This document shows positions 51,001 through 53,959 of a stretch of 53,959 nucleotides of DNA, piece after piece (the stretch's first letter is position 1; every line of letters starts with the position of its first letter). A program made the position numbers and the translations under genes. This stretch comes from Octopus sinensis (Eukaryota). The DNA lies in contig NW_021833953.1 in NCBI RefSeq assembly GCF_006345805.1, forward strand, positions 1 through 53,959, read 5' to 3'. The notes under the pieces were generated by a model that was given only the letters and a program-made list of their open reading frames with translations, made no database searches and had not been told where the DNA came from.

Positions 51001-53959
51001 AATTATTACATAATCTCAAGTACCCCCCATATCTCACATCTAGGAGCTCCCAAAATTGCACAAAATATACGCAATTTATTGTATACTTCAAGTACCCTAT
51101 ATGCACACATCTAGGGAGCTCCCAAAAATTGTATAAAATATTACGTAATTTATTGCATAATCTCAAGTACCCCCATATGCTCACATAAGGGACATCCCAA
51201 AATGCATAATATATTACGCAATTTATTGTATACTTTCAAGTACCCCTTATGCACAATCTAGGGAAGCTCCCAAAATTGTATAAAATATTACGTAATTTAT
51301 GCATAATCTCAAGTACCTGCATATGTACACATCTAGGGAGCTCTTAAAATTGCATAATATATTACGCAATTTATTGCATAATCTCAAGTACCCGCATATC
51401 CTCAAATAGTGGAGCTCCCAAATTGTTAAAAATATTACGTAATTTATTGCTAATCTCAAGTACCCCCATATGCTCACATTTAGGGACATCCCAAAATGCA
51501 TAAATTATGACGCAATTATTACATAATCTCAAGTACCCCCATATTCTCACATTCAAGGAACTCCCAAATTGCATAAAATATTACGCAATTTATTGTATAA
51601 TCTCAAGTACCCCTATGCACAAATCTAGTGAGCTCCCAAAATTGCATAATAAATTACGCAATTATTGCATAATTTCAAGTATCCCTATATGCACACACTA
51701 GGGAATCCTAAATTGCATAATATATTACGCAATTTATTGCATAACTTCAAGTACCCCTATATAACACATCTAGGGAATCCTAAAATTGCATAATAATTAC
51801 ACAATTTATTGCATAATCTAAAATACCCCCATTTCTCACATCTCGGGAGCTCTCAAATTGTATAAAATATTACGTAATTTATTGCATAATCTCAAGTACC
51901 TGCATATGACCAATCTAGGGAGCCCTAAAATTGCATAATAGTTTTACGTAATTTATTGCATAATCTCAAGTACCGCATATGTACACATCTAGGGATACCC
52001 AATATTGCATAATATATTACGCAATTTTTGTACATTCTAAGTACCCTTATATCATCACATCTAGGGAGCTCCCAAATGTATAAAAATATTACGTAATTTA
52101 TTGCATAATCTCAAGTACCCTATATGCACACATCTAGGGAGTCTCCAAAAATTGCATAATATATTACGCAATTATTGTATACTTTCAAGTACCCCCATAT
52201 GCTCACATTAGGGACTCTCCCAAATTGCATAATATATTACGCAATTATTACATAATCTCAAGTACCCCATATTCTCAATCTAAGGAGCTTCCAAAATTGC
52301 ATAAAATATTACGCAATTTATTGTATACTTTCAAGTACCCCCTATATGCACCACATCTAGGGAGCTCCCAAAATTGCATAATATATACGCAATTTATTGC
52401 ATAACATCAAGTACCCCCAATATGCACACATCTAGGGAACTCCTAAAATGCATAATATATTAAGCATTTATTGCATAATCTCAAGTACCCGGGCATATCC
52501 TCACATCTGTGAGCTCCCAAAATTGTATAAAATATACGTAATTTATTGCTTAATCTCAAGTACCCCATATGCTCACATTTAAAGACCTTCCAAAATTGCA
52601 TAATAAATTACGCAATTATTACATAATCTCAAGTACCCCCATATCCTCAGATCTAAGGAGCTCCCAAAATTGCATAAAATATTACGCAATTTATTGTATA
52701 ATCTCAGTACCCCTATATGCACACATCTAGGGAGCTCCCAAAATTGCATAATATATTACGCAATTTATTCCATAATTTCAAGTATCCTATATGCACACAT
52801 ATAGGGGAACTCCTAAATTGCATAATATATTACGCAATTTATGCATATAACTTCAAGTACCCCTATATGCACACATCTAGGGAACTCCTAAATTGCATAA
52901 TATATTACACACAATTTATTGCATAATCTAAAATACCCCCATTCTCACATCTCGGGAGCTCCCAAAAAATGTATAAAATATTACGTAATTTATTGCATAA
53001 TCTCAAGTACCTGCATATGTACACATCTAGGGAGCTCCTAAAATTGCATAATAATTTACGTAATTATTGCATAATATCAAGTACCCGCATATGTACACAT
53101 CTAGGGAACTCCCAATATTGATAATATTACGCAATTTTGTATAATCTCAAGTACCCTATATCATCACATCTAGGGAGCTCCCAAAATTGTATAAAATATA
53201 CGTAATTTATTGCATAATCTCAAGTACCCCCATATGCTCACATTTAGGGACCTCCCAAAATTGCATAAAAAATTACGCAATTATTACATAATCAAGTACC
53301 CCAATATCCTCACATCTAAGGAGCTCCCAAAATTGCATAAAAATACGCAATTTATTACATAATCTCAAGTACCCCAACCTCACATCTTAGGAGCTCCCAA
53401 AATTGCATAATATATTACGCAATTTATTACATAATCTCAAGTACCCCCCATATTCTCACATCTAAGGAGCTCCCAAAATTGCATAAAATATTACGCTATT
53501 TATTGTTATACTTTCAAGTACCCCTATATGCACACATCTAGGGAGCTCCTAAAATTGCATAATATTTTACGTAATTTATTACATAATCTCAAGTACCCCC
53601 ATATTCTCACATCTAAGGAGCTCCCAAAATTGCATAAATATTACGCAATTATTGTATACTTTCAAGTACCCCTATATGCACACATCTAGGGAGCTCCCAA
53701 AATTGCATAATATATTACGCAATTTATTGCATATTCAAGTACCCCTATATGCACACATTAGGGAGCTCTTAAAATTGCATAATATATTACGCAATTTATT
53801 GCATAATCTCAAGTACCCCCCATATCCTCACATCTAAGGAGCTCCAAAATTGCATAAAATATTACGCAATTTATTTTATAATCTCAAGTGCCCCCATATG
53901 CTCACATTTAAAGACCTCCCAAAATTGCATAATATATTACGCAATTTATTACATAATCT
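36061..53959. repeat. 75-bp tandem satellite of about 238 units, running to the end of the window
   Basis: Consensus CTCAAGTACCCCCATATGCTCACATCTAGGGAGCTCCCAAAATTGCATAATATATTACGCAATTTATTGCATAAT (37% GC). Recurrent variant units of 74 and 99 bp, and multi-kb higher-order duplications. Confidence 0.99.

Noticed and set aside
36061-53959. CRISPR-like array (conserved block alternating with a variable block)
   Set aside because: The variable 39-bp part is a point-mutated copy of one sequence, not a set of unique spacers. The context is eukaryotic and there are no cas genes.
46200-53959. Progressive biological decay of the satellite toward the end of the window
   Set aside because: The changes are mostly 1-bp indels in homopolymers that differ between otherwise identical blocks. 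This fits low-coverage long-read consensus error better than biology.
36061-53959. Telomeric repeat (TTAGGG inside some units)
   Set aside because: Only isolated single copies within the TTTAGGGAC variant; there is no tandem tract.
1-53959. tRNA, rRNA or snRNA genes
   Set aside because: None was recognisable by eye; a covariance-model search would be needed to exclude them.

Overview
This is a eukaryotic, almost certainly animal, genomic window with three compartments. (1) About 1.5-25.1 kb is a very compact, relatively GC-rich block of 11 conserved genes: PSMD7, IARS2, a divergent EF1B, MTSS1-like, ARMC9, UROS, SNRPB, RPAP1, LRP2BP, NCKAP1 and TAF8. They are split by roughly 65 hand-inferred spliceosomal introns of only about 22-28 nt, and most neighbouring genes are only 33-119 bp apart. 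This explains why the ORF track is fragmented. The gene set plus intron size is compatible with a dicyemid mesozoan or a similarly miniaturised parasite (inference, not verified). (2) About 25.2-36.0 kb, plus smaller AT-rich gaps, is a graveyard of degenerate transposons (Tigger, hAT, RLE, APE/RTE non-LTR) and holds an 82-bp intron-containing copy of part of ARMC9. (3) From about 36,061 to the end is a 75-bp satellite of about 238 units with higher-order structure; it produces all the long repetitive ORFs. The most interesting observations are: a 553-bp hAT element whose 8-bp target-site duplication duplicated a 3' splice site of NCKAP1, so a 23-nt intron must be read as a 584-nt intron; GTTG-biased donors and two candidate GT-GG introns; many stop-less in-frame micro-introns; operon-like gene spacing; a 2A-like motif ahead of a retrotransposon APE domain; and a satellite built from triplets of C/EBP/PAR-bZIP-like motifs. 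All exon models were inferred by hand from remembered homology, without any database search.
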